A stretch of 61,858 nucleotides of DNA, filler included, from Hausera hauseri (Eukaryota), in the NCBI GenBank assembly GCA_046269625.1. It is 11 parts of 11 records of this genome, joined end to end, with 100 filler letters (N's around TTAATTAATTAA, not from the genome) between each part and the next. Parts side by side here need not be neighbours in the genome. Positions count along the whole stretch, not along the records: positions 9,310 to 15,060 come from JBJURY010195192.1; positions 15,161 to 20,001 come from JBJURY010417144.1; positions 20,102 to 25,525 come from JBJURY010258178.1; 8 more parts are not named here. One strand, 5' to 3'. Below the pieces are notes generated by a model. The model was not told the DNA's origin and searched no databases. It saw only the letters and a list, made by a program, of their open reading frames with translations. Shown piece after piece: positions 12,301 to 23,582 of this stretch. Position 1 is the stretch's first letter. Every line of letters begins with the position of its first letter. Made by a program: the position numbers and the translations under genes.

Positions 12301-14991
12301 CAGTCGCCAGTTCAGTATAATTGGTACCGGATTGAGATACCCAATGTTAATATTACTCATTATTCCATTTATATTATTTGGAACAGCTGAAGCCGCTCCA
12401 ATAACATCGAAACATACACCGGAGAATTCGTTGACTTGGATGATATTATTGATTTTTATTAATCTTATGTTCTATACGAAACCAACTAAACAATCAACTA
12501 GCGATGAGGATACCACTCCGACTGAAGGACATACTGTAATAGAAGAGGTCCCAACTATTAGACCAAAATTAATAAAACGCCGAACTACAGCACAATTAAA
12601 GGAGTTAGCGATTAATAAACCCTTGCCACTTGAGCAAGAAAACACTGATCATATAGATAATTGCCGCATTAAACAATCAGAAGAGAACAAATCTCAAAAC
12701 ACTACTATAAATACATATTTACCGTTATCTCGACAAATAGAGAAATATGAACGCAAGAGAATACAAGAAGATAAAGGAGAACAACAAGTCTTCGTTAGAG
12801 AATTTGAACAGGATGAAGGATGGTTAGATTTGAATACTTCAGTTCAGTTAAACCTGGCTATTTATGCTAAAGATCCGAAACTTAATCAACACTATTTACA
12901 ATTAATAACTAAAAATGAAGATATAATCAACTATATAAAAGAGGAAATTTATTCTCCTTTTGACGTACTCTCGGAAGAGACGCAAATAATCATAGCATTA
13001 ATTGCCCAAGGAGTAGAATCAATCACAGATCACCCATATTTAACTGTTAACGAAGTCGTCCCAATATTTCGTCATATAAATAAGCTTCGTAGAGAACGAC
13101 ATAAATTATCAACGGAAGAATACGAATTATATACTGTTGCTAATCGAGTAGCCCACTTACCTTTGAATAATAGGAACCCTGTAATTACACTTGATAATGC
13201 TCCTGATAAACGAATAATGATTAATGATCTTAGACAAGCGCACGTAATGCAATTGGAATGGAAAAAAATATTAGACGGCTCAATCCGAACAGAAATGGTA
13301 TACTGGAAATGTATCAAAATGAGATAACTTCTCGTCAAAGAAACAGCTGGGATATTCACCAAAGTGTTCAATACGCAAATTATGTATGGAGTTCGCCAGA
13401 CCATATAAGAAAGGAACTTATATCATTTCACCTTGACATGTATAAGAAATATCTCGAACAATATCAAAGGGAGTCGAATTACAACCCCAATACCCATCCA
13501 ATGAAAGATAATCTATTACTAATCACTAGCTTTCGACGTTCTCTAGCTAAGGAAGCAATAATTGAAGGCAAATCTTTTAGAGAAAAGTATGAAAACGAAA
13601 GAATAATTTATAATTCTGGCTTAAGAATATTTGATGAAATTATGAATGTATCAGGAATAAAACTTCCATGGTATAATCCCATGTATGAATTGATTAAAGC
13701 CTGGAATTATAGATGCGGAATACGATCAGTTTGTTTAAAGAATCCAATACATAAATTAATAATCATACACGAGTTACAACTATTAACCATACCACAATTA
13801 ATAGAGAAGATACGATCTGTGGACTTAATAAATATAAGGCATAGCTTCGATGAGAGTGAAACACTTGTAATTGGATCCAATGAGGATTTCCAACCTTTAT
13901 TCATAGGAAGTGAAGCCGAAAGAAAATTTCTAACGAGATTTCTACGAGGAGATAGAGCACCGTTACCAGTAAAGCATGGCAAGAGACAAATCGAGGATGA
14001 ATTACCTGGCATAAATGATTACATAAATGATCATGAAATGTGTAGCATAATTAACTATAACTTAACCTTATACGAATGGTTTGGATTGGAACTAGTAAAG
14101 CAATGCAAAGGAGAAGTATATGTACCATGCATTACAGCTTACTCAATAATGGAATTGAAGGATAAGTTAGATGATGAAGCACTACAAATAATAGAAGGAA
14201 AGGAGATCAATATCTTATGGAATAAATACTTAGAACGAGATTTAAACCAAGAAATATCAAAACAAGATTATCAAGATATATATTCATTCTGCAACGTGAA
14301 TGCCGAAGGGTTAACTGGTCGAATAAATGCTATTCGATACCGCTTAATATTTTGCTCGTTAAATATACCTAATGAGAAAGCAAAGCTCTTTAAGTTGGAA
14401 AGAGAAAGGCTAGTATCTCAAAGGAAAACAGTCGTTCGAAACCGAATTAACGGTTTAGTAAAATTCGCAACCAAATCCCTCACTTTATTAACACCTATGT
14501 TTATACTGTCACGACTAATCAAGAAAACGGACGCAAAAATGATCACCAGTACTACTATACTGACTAGCAAACCAGCGATGTCTTCGATTTCCATATCGGA
14601 ATATACCATTTCTGCAGTAATATTGACACTTCTAATTAGCCTTATAATAGGAGCGTTAGTGTTTTTCAATAAGAGGATTAATCGATATAAGCAATTTAAT
14701 TCTACTGGACGAGTTATACTACCAACGATTAGTGGATACATAATTGTAACTAGCTTATTACCCACGGTTAAAGCTAGAGCCTGTAATAAGGAGATATATG
14801 CTTATAGTCGAGCTATGAAAGTAATGTCATTAATGCTACTAATAACGTTCATTTTAGCGTGGACTAGTTACATTGCTATACTGATCAGGAGATCGTATAA
14901 AATACGAAAAGAAATGAAAAGAAAGGAACAATTAATGTTGGATATAGAAGCAACAAAGGAGGAACCACCTCCAAAATACGACGATATCTGA
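9310..14991 (+). CDS. Large (~1900 aa, 5'-truncated) repeat-containing membrane polyprotein, split into three overlapping ORFs (9310-9840, 9761-13327, 13258-14991); probably a retroelement accessory region
   Basis: Intronless open frames overlapping at A-homopolymers (~9824 and ~13262). Motif G(R/K)(L/I)NA(L/I)RY..(L/I)FC.LN occurs four times and QPLFIGS twice. Hydrophobic pairs at ~12343-12475 and ~14480-14885. No recognisable enzyme domain. Confidence 0.7.
11279..12277 (+). repeat. In-frame tandem duplication, period ~495 nt (165 aa)
   Basis: EAQVVWNDYLKRD...NANTDKFEPTKE repeated as EARIVWNDYLKRD...NANTDKFEPTRE, with copies starting at 11279 and 11774. Confidence 0.95.
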
Positions 14992-15162
14992 AACAAACTG
15001 CCACGTGTTTACAAACGACTGGCAGTCCCTATAGCTTTATCAGCACTCAATGTAACTACANNNNNNNNNNNNNNNNNNNNNNNNNNNNNNNNNNNNNNNN
15101 NNNNTTAATTAATTAANNNNNNNNNNNNNNNNNNNNNNNNNNNNNNNNNNNNNNNNNNNNCA

Positions 15163-15476
15163 CCGGATTTTACATGCATCGTATTTCAATCGAGAAAGTG
15201 TCGTATTATGGGTTGTCGCAAACCAATCACAGCTGACCACAGTAACAGTAAACTACTGCCATTCGGAATTGTCATTGACCAAATCCAATTAATAACGGTA
15301 ACGACTTAGTTATACTACCAAACAATCAATCTGTACAAATTAGCAATGGCTACTACTAAATGTAAATATGAACCCGAACTGCTTCCTGCACTGAAACTGA
15401 CATCGTTTTACCCACTTTGTGTTAATGTGTATAGCAGTGGAAAATTGCTGTACTTGGTATTCGGACAGTGGACTAG
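15163..15476 (+). pseudogene. Divergent TATA-binding-protein (TBP)-like gene fragment
   Basis: Translation TCIVFQSRKCRIMGCR...INLYKLA...KYEPELLPALKL...VNVYSSGK/IAVLG matches both TBP half-repeats (LIFxSGKxxxTG and YEPELFPGL). One stop and one frameshift. Confidence 0.7.
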
Positions 15477-15510
15477 GAACTATTAGATTAAAAACCACAC
15501 AAATGTTTTA

Positions 15511-15900
15511 GTGAATCAAAATAATGTACTCTGCGCAACGACAACAAACTATAAATACCATGGTCATTCAGACTTTACTTCCATGGAAGACGACGGTAAA
15601 ACAATTCTGCTCAATGATGATGTGGTTGTGACAATGATGAAAGTTCAGATTGGTCCTGGTTGTTTGGCTACAAAAAAGGACAATTCTAATGTCAAATTGC
15701 TGGAAACAAAAACCGAACCTGTCGAACAATTAGAAAAGCCGTGTTATTGTCTGCAGGTCGATTGTCTGGAAACAAAAAAGGGACTTGCTCAGAAATCATC
15801 ATCAGCAAAACAGAAGTTAAAAAGGAAAAATGCAACAAACATCACATCCGTCGAGACAAACACAGATATTTTTACCGAAACGACTTTTTCGCACGTATAA
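15511..15900 (+). CDS. Small unknown ORF between the TBP-like and dUTPase genes
   Basis: Open frame, likely ATG at ~15583 (MEDDGKTILL...), in a compact co-oriented gene run. No family recognised. Confidence 0.3.
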   Translation: MNQNNVLCATTTNYKYHGHSDFTSMEDDGKTILLNDDVVVTMMKVQIGPGCLATKKDNSNVKLLETKTEPVEQLEKPCYCLQVDCLETKKGLAQKSSSAKQKLKRKNATNITSVETNTDIFTETTFSHV

Positions 15901-16173
15901 AGTGCATTTTCTGCAAACGCTTCTACTGATTTCATTAAATAATCCCGTGTATCTATGCGCACCCAAGTACGGCTATCATGTAAAATGGCTCTCGGGTGGA
16001 AATTTGGATAAATTTTCCGATGCTCTACATGAATTAAACGTGGATTTAAACTTGAACGAAACTACCGTGCAACAGCAGTCTGTCGTTTTACCGGCTTAAA
16101 AAACGAATTTTTTTATTCTATCGGTTGCGAAATGTTTAATGTACCCAATAAAGATTTAAAAAGAATGATGATA

Positions 16174-16528
16174 ATGGATTGCAAATATAATCTTAACAGA
16201 CGTAAATGCCTTTGAACCGAGGCGTGTTACAGCAAAGAGTGCAGGTTACGGTGTGTTTTCCAATGTCAATACGACAATTCCGGTCAGCACAATAAAATGC
16301 ATAACGACTGGGATTCAATTGGCGATTACACCCGGTTACTACGGCCAACTTTTATCGAAATGCGGATTGGCAAAACTCGGACTGATGGTTGTGGGCGGTG
16401 TCATTTTTTGAGATTTCCGCGGTGAAATTAAGTTGTTGCTAGAAAACCAATCTGGAGAGCCGTATGCTTTTTTGAAGGTCAGTGCAATCGCACAAATCGT
16501 TTTCTTCCATATAATTTGTAATATGTAA
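16174..16528 (+). pseudogene. dUTPase (trimeric type), disrupted
   Basis: AFEPRRVTAKSAGYGVFS (motif I), GYYGQLLSKCGLA (II), GGVIF*DFRGEIK (III) and AIAQIV (IV). Motif V absent and an internal stop is present. Confidence 0.88.
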
Positions 16529-17224
16529 TATGGCTGATATGTTTATACCTGCATAAAAGAAATAAGTTAGTGTATATTAATTTATTATATAATTTTATTT
16601 AATGTTTTCAATTTAAAGTTAACATTTACTTTAATTTGTTTAAATTTAGAAATGTTCACAATATCCCATGTACTGCATCTCTCGCATACATGAGGTAGAT
16701 CAGTGCCATCAAGCGATGGCGAAATATTCCAAAATCGGAACGGACACGTATGTGTGTCCGACGTGTGTTTTTCCAACGAGCTGTCCGCACCCCGATTTTT
16801 ATGAGGTGCACAAGCACCATCTCGGACCGTTTGCACGGTAATTTTTTAAGAATTACATTCTGTATGCCTTGATTAATCTATTATTCAGTTACTTTTTAAT
16901 CTTTTCAAATATACGTTGTGCTATTAAAAACCTTTTGAACTCCAGCACTTCAAATAGCTGCATTCGAGTGAAATGTAGTATGCTTAATCTGCAACATGTG
17001 ATAGTTTAAAAAAAATTGTTTCATTATTCCGAATGATTTCTATCCAATTTGGTGCTCAATGTTAAAGTAAGCTCTCCATCGTGAGTGGGAAATAAATTAC
17101 AAGCTGTTTATCAAGATCAGAGTCCTTCAAGAAGTTTTGTTTACAAAAGCTTCGTGGACTTGAAAACGTGGAAAAGAGATTATTTAACACATGTATTGTG
17201 ATACAGTAATATATGATTGTTATT

Positions 17225-18236
17225 TTTCAATGTAAGAACCATGTCAGTCAATGCATTTTTGCCGTCTACTGTAAAGTTCATCAAAAGCCTTTGCAAAATT
17301 ACACGGTGATAAAGTCTGTAGATAATCTTGAACACATAGTTTGACTTCATCCCCTTGCAGAATTTTCTTCAAATACTTAAATAAATGGAAATCTGATGCA
17401 GCTAGATCAAAACGGTAAGGCGAGCGATCTAGCTGCACCATTTCCAATGTTTGAATCGCTTCCTGTGTTGTTTATGAGGAATGAATCTAAGCATTATCGG
17501 GGAGAATCCAATAAGTCAAAGAATGAAGCTTCCGTTTTTTCTTCTTGGCCTGTGTTAGCAACTTGATATAATATATGGAATCCATTTTCGAGCCACGATC
17601 AACAAAATCAGCAAAAACAATTCCGTGATAATCCAAAAAATTGAAAGCATGAAACTCTCTGTGACTAGCGCCTTAACGCAATTTTTGAGTGGGCTTTTCA
17701 GTCGGAAACTTCCATTCAGTACTTTCTCGTTTAGATACAAGTATGTAAAGGCTAAGAGCTGTCTCATCTTGAGTAAGAATATTTTTAAGGAATAAATAAC
17801 CATGATGCTTTAAAAGATCGAGAAATAATTGAGAACAATGTGCACGACGATTCATCATTTCACCAGTAAAAAATTTAGGCACGAACCTTGATGCCAATTT
17901 TGGAATACCCATTGACTTTCGGATATTTTGGCATGGCCCATAGCTTAAGTGTCCTCTGTCTGCTAATTCTCGAATGGAAATGCGCCTTTGGTAGGGAACA
18001 ATTTCGGCAATTTCGTGTTCATTTGCTTCAGAAATTTCTGTTGGTCTGCCACCAGATTTTTCATCCAGCACTGATGTTCGTCCACATCGAAACTCTTTCA
18101 CCTATTTGTAAACAAAACTTCTTGATGAACTCTCATCTTGATAAACAGCTTTCAATTCTTCTACAGTTTCTTTCTTACACATATTTTTCTTCATAAGTTA
18201 CATAATGATACTTCTAAATTCAACTTCTGACGTCAT
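17225..18236 (-). mobile_element. mariner (DD34D) transposase pseudogene
   Basis: N-terminal HTH (EFRCGRTSVLDEKSGGRP), RFVPK, TQDET, LPDNA and SPYRFDLAASDFHLF (YSPDLAPSDF-like). TIRs not identified. Confidence 0.92.
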
Positions 18237-20617
18237 TATCTGAAAATAAAATTAAATAATAAAACATCCGGAAAATGAGAGCTTAGCTTTAAATTGCGCG
18301 CCAAATAGGACAGAAATCATTTGGAAACAAAACTTTTTTCAACTATCGCATGTTGCAGATTACGTACACTATATTTCACTCGAATGTATTTATTTAAAGT
18401 GTTCGAGTCCACGAGGTTTTTCATCGCACAACGTATTTCATAATATTTATGAAAAAGATGTAGCTGTGCTTTTTGTAGTCTGTCTGTATTGTCGAAAACA
18501 TCATCATTTGTAAAAATATCTTGCTCTACTGATAGTTGGGTGTCTGAATAGTACAAATAGTTGTGCGTAAAGGACTGAAAAAGGCGCGCATATATTGTTT
18601 TGTTCATGCCGAAATATCTGCCCGACTGATGTTTAAATATTTCTCTGTCGAAAATCTGACAAAGGGATGACAATTGCAATTACTAACTTCAAAAATTGCT
18701 TAGGATGAAAATTTGAAGAATGAAGAAACAATAAAAATTTCATGGATTCTATGTAATATGAATTTTATTTAATTTTGGGTGTTTATAATTATAATACGAT
18801 ATTCACACACGCTACTTTATAATATTTTACATTTGGAATTGGATCGAAGAAACACAGCTGTTCTGCAAAGAAAATGCATAAAGTGTCAAGACTGCGTTCA
18901 GTCGGTAGAAAATGCATTTATCACAAAGTATGGTACATAGTATTCTTGAAAACGACATTTTTGCGTAATGTTATTCAAAATCGAAATAAATCTGGTACTT
19001 ACTAAATGTTTGCATTTCAATTACTCTATACAGACAGCACTTAAAATAGTACTTTTCATCCTCAGCACTCTTTGACTATAGATACACTATCTTGATAACA
19101 TTATCTATCTTCATGAATATTTTCACAGCTTGAATTTGGTGACTAAAATGATACTTAGTAGTAGAATTGCGCAATGTTTGGCGTACATGTGAAATCAATG
19201 TCGGAAAATTGATTTCGCACAATTTCAACTTTGTCTGACCATGGGGACATGAGGAAAAATTGATTGGAAAATGTCACACTCTAAAAATTTCCCATTGTTC
19301 AAGTCTGCTGGTTGTGGAAATTAGTTGAGCACGTAGCCCATCAGTAGTTGAGCATTTTATATTATAACCGCCTCACGATCAGGCCAATGGATTCGGATGA
19401 AAAATGCCACCGAACGAACGAACTAAAAGTCGAAATTATCGTCGTTGTAAATGCGTTCCTTTTGTAGAAAAATCGTGAATTTTATTTTGTACGACGACGA
19501 CAACGACGAACACACAAATTACCACGAGCTCATAATTGAGTACTACTACTACTCGGAAGGTGGTGGTGGTAGTGACAGTCTGCCTACAAACTAATAAGTA
19601 CCATCACCACCACCAAATGTGAAGCTAGCATTAATGAAAATATAATATTATTTCTCATGATTTGTTCGCTCTTTAGTCGAAAATTCATTCCCGAAATATA
19701 GGACATTTAAAGTCGAGACTGTTGTTTTTTGGAAGCACTGTTTTCAAAATCAGCAACGTGTGTCAATAAATTATGACCACTACACATACTAGCATATAAA
19801 ATACCATGGCACTTAGTTTATCGTCATTTCGAAAATTTTCGACAACCGAAAATGGATCATCCAGTAAATGTTCGTTTTTTTCTTTTAATAATTTTTTTTG
19901 TATCAAAATTTTATTATTAATTTTAATATTTTATTAATTTTTCTTTTTATTATTAATTTTTATAAACGATTTAGCTTCAGGCACCTACATAATCGGACTC
20001 ANNNNNNNNNNNNNNNNNNNNNNNNNNNNNNNNNNNNNNNNNNNNTTAATTAATTAANNNNNNNNNNNNNNNNNNNNNNNNNNNNNNNNNNNNNNNNNNN
20101 NGATTAAAACATCATGAGTTAAATAAATTTTTGTATAATCATAAATTACTTCATTGCATTTTATTCCAAACTTCTTGATCATATTGATAATCATTGTCTT
20201 CTGAACGTTAATAATTTATTAAACTAAATCATTGTATTCAATAGATTTGGAGTTATTAACAATTTATTTAATAAAACATTTTTCGACACCCAGAAGAACC
20301 TATTATTAAAAGCCTGAATTTACCTAGAAAAATTTAGTGTGAATATTCTATTTTGTTTAAATTTCGAATGTGTTATTTTTATACATATAATGTTATAATG
20401 TTAGCGCAACACTTACACCGAATCCAAATATATTTATCGCCAAATTTTACATATTTCGCAAATTTTACAATCAGACTTATTTACAGACATTTTTAACTGT
20501 ATTAAATTTATCATCTAACAATTTTATGATTTATCAGTCATTAGTGGTTGTTTGTTAATGATCGAGAAACCGAAGGTTGTTTTTTGATGAAACTTTATTA
20601 AAAATGAGGAGGATGTT

Positions 20618-21800
20618 TTATGGATTTTTGACAAATAATGATCCAAAATAGGTGGAAATGTAAAAATTGACGAAATTTTGTGAAAAATGTAAAAAACGTG
20701 GCGGTAATTTGTGAAAAATAGAAGAAAAGCGGTCAAAATGATCAAAAATGTCAAAAATATGTGAAGATGGAAATCTTACATGGCCAAAACGTCGTAATTT
20801 ATCGTAATTTATGTAATTGTGTATTGATTGGTACTCATAAGGGAACTCTAAGGGCGATTTTTTCAAATACTCCGATTGTTTTTGCATTGGTGTATTTATA
20901 TCATCCGAGGAGGCTTGATTTGACGTATTGCTTATTCCGTCATTAACAGTATATGTTCCATCTTCTTCCTCATTGTCAGGTGTACTTTTTAAAGGATTTG
21001 GGACTTTTATTATTTTCCCATGCTTAGTAAAACGTTCATCAGATTTGTCACCGTCGTTGCCAAAGAATTTACTCATTATTAGTAGTAAAAATATCCATAA
21101 CAATATTGAGGTCCATGAAGAACTAGGGCGATAAGAGGTAGTTTCCACTGCTTCTGCTACACTAATTATGGAAAGAAAACATACTCCCATAAGGAATAAC
21201 GTTCCCAATGAAAATGTGGAATAACCCTTGATACCTGATGATTCCCGTTTTTTATCCTCTTTCTGAAGGCCTTGGATGTGCATAGCCCTTGTTTCGTTAG
21301 CAATTTCATCCATATATTTAATACTATTTCCTGCGCATTGTAATCGGTCTATCATCATCCACTGTTCCTGAGGGAGATTATTATCTAAAGGTTGTCCCAT
21401 TCTTCTATTCCAGACTTGTTTAACTTCCTCTACTCCATTAATGAGTTCTCGCCCTCCTATATTTATATTGTGATGTTTATAAATTTTTAATGCTCGGCTG
21501 CCAGCTACATAATCATGGTGTTGTGATTTTCCTGGACTAGCTAAATCAGGAATAGTATAATATACCTCTTCGCAGCTTAACTTTATAAGAAGTTTATGCA
21601 GAGTGGCTAATGTATTAAAATCCAATTTTAGATCTTCGCAAATTAATTTTATTATGGGTCTATACTGTTTGTCCCTTATTCCGCACTTTTCGTGGTATTT
21701 ACTAAGGAAGTTTCTTAATTCCGTTATATTGTTTATAGGTCCTTTGACTAGTTGTTGTGCATGATTTATGCATTCTGGTGTAGCTAACTGTAAATTCCCC
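20618..21800 (-). CDS. Accessory membrane module of the Gypsy 3' extension (soluble domain + internal signal peptide + TM)
   Basis: ORF 20618-21625 extends upstream in frame (…HEKCGIRDK…). Contains LFLMGVCFLSIISVAEA|VETTSYRPSSSWTSILLWIFLLLIM. The final ~50 codons are low-complexity and may not be real. Confidence 0.55.
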
Positions 21801-21812
21801 AGCCGGTGTCGG

Positions 21813-22502
21813 TTAGCGGCCTCTGGTTAATGGGAGTGGTGGTAGTTTCCCTGCTTTTTGTTGAGGCAATTCGAAATAATTCTGCTCAATTGGTTTAACT
21901 TCTTTGCGTTGGACTTGCTTAGTAAGGTCTATTTTCCTTAACTTAGTATCATTATGTGTTAACGATTTTTGGCTCTCTTCCGGTTGATATTTTTTAATTT
22001 CCTCTCTTAGTCGTTTAATATTTTCTTCTGCTTCTTCCAACGTCTTGCTTAGGACAGTATAACTTACGGGTGGCTGCATCTCGCTTGTGGTTTGAATTTC
22101 CATTAAATCAGGATATATTGAGGTTGTTGATACAGGTCTTGATAAGACTTGAAACAAATTTCGTGGTGGTTTCTGTGGAATGCTTGCTATACTACTTATC
22201 GAACAAGTATCCATGTCGGTTATTGAGGGTAAGGGTACTTGTTTTCTTGTTTGATCATTCAAGGAGGAATTATCTGTTTCCTCATCATCAACTACCATAC
22301 TGCTATTAAACATATAATATGCTGATATCAGCAATAACATGACCGTACTGCTCCACGCATTTGTAGCAGTAGTCGCGTGCATTGGTTGGGCGTCCGCACA
22401 TCCAAATATTATAAGCAATATTAACGTCAACAGTGTTATTGTAGACAACTTAAAGAGATTTCCGAAAATTGTAGGTGGGGTATTAATTGTAGGTATTTCC
22501 AT
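21813..22502 (-). CDS. Accessory membrane module in frame with the integrase/protease region
   Basis: LLTLILLIIFGCADA|QPMHATTATNAWSSTVMLLLISAYYMF followed by a Ser/Pro-rich tail containing YPDL and a coiled-coil-like segment. Confidence 0.6.
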   Translation of the reverse strand: MEIPTINTPPTIFGNLFKLSTITLLTLILLIIFGCADAQPMHATTATNAWSSTVMLLLISAYYMFNSSMVVDDEETDNSSLNDQTRKQVPLPSITDMDTCSISSIASIPQKPPRNLFQVLSRPVSTTSIYPDLMEIQTTSEMQPPVSYTVLSKTLEEAEENIKRLREEIKKYQPEESQKSLTHNDTKLRKIDLTKQVQRKEVKPIEQNYFELPQQKAGKLPPLPLTRGR

Positions 22503-22689
22503 TATTCGCGTTTGCGTTATCCTTTGTGCTAGTGTAGATTCTGTATTCTGTTAGCTCATTTGCTTTAATGTAACATAATTTAATGGGGGTGGAACAGTCT
22601 CTTCTCTTGGTGCGAACCACCATTGATCATTAGGTTGAGGCTTGGTATCTTGGTAACCTTCGCAATTAAATATGATTGATCTTCCGATA

Positions 22690-23498
22690 ACTTTGAGTTC
22701 TGCTCCCGTCAGTTTGTATAGCACATCTAAACCAATAATAAGATCAGAATACGATTCTTGTGGATTGGCATAACAGGTAACATCAACATAACCTATAGTT
22801 AGATCTAATTTTCCTCATGCTTCGGGTATATAATGTGTAATTCGTCTATATATTCGTAATTTTATACGACTCAGCGGGGTAGTGGTATCAAGTTCCGCGT
22901 TAACGTACTTACCGTACACCTTAACCAATATTGGTATCAACAAAGGATAATCATTATAATTCTGACGATAATGCATATTATATAATAACTCTAACCTTTT
23001 TATCTCTTCTTCCAGCTCGTTCACATTTTTTCGATATTTCTCCAAATCTTTCGTTTTCTCCAACGAATTTGTAGCTACGTCTATTACTATATCGTAATCT
23101 ATTAGCGTATCTCTGCCTATGATACAAGGAATGTTGGAATTTTCTAGTATGTGGTATAAAATCTTTGATCGTTTGTTTTTTAATTTGGTCAAGGCTGTAA
23201 CTACGCCTATCACCTTTAGCTGATTGCCGTTTATTAGTTTGTGGTTTATCTCACTACTTTCATTTAATTTTAGTTTTAAAATTTCTATTGTAGTCTTATT
23301 TAAGTAATTTTTTGCTGCTCCTGTATCTATTATTGCTTCAATTTTAACTTTGTTAATAGTTATAGTTGTAGTTACCATATTATTTGATCCATCTTCTATG
23401 AATGCTATCGTTGTATTTTTATCCTCCGATTGCATTCTGTTCCTTAACGGGTATCTACAAGATGGTGGTTGTTCCGTATTTTCATCCTCCAACTGCAT
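22690..23498 (-). CDS. Two tandem retropepsin-like aspartic protease domains downstream of integrase
   Basis: First domain AIIDTGAAKNYL...CIIGRDTL. Second domain AELDTTTPLSRI...DLIIGLDVL, read through the TGA at 22815. Confidence 0.8.
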
Positions 23499-23582
23499 TC
23501 TACTCCTTAATGGGTACTTGCAAGGTGTTGTTCGCTCCAGTTTGCGTTCTTTAGCTACTAGTCTACATCATTGTACACTCAT

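Noticed and set aside
9815-13275. Programmed ribosomal frameshifts joining the three polyprotein ORFs
   Set aside because: Both shifts fall in A homopolymers, go in opposite directions, and the second lies inside a domain that is uninterrupted in the other copy. Indel or sequencing error is more likely.
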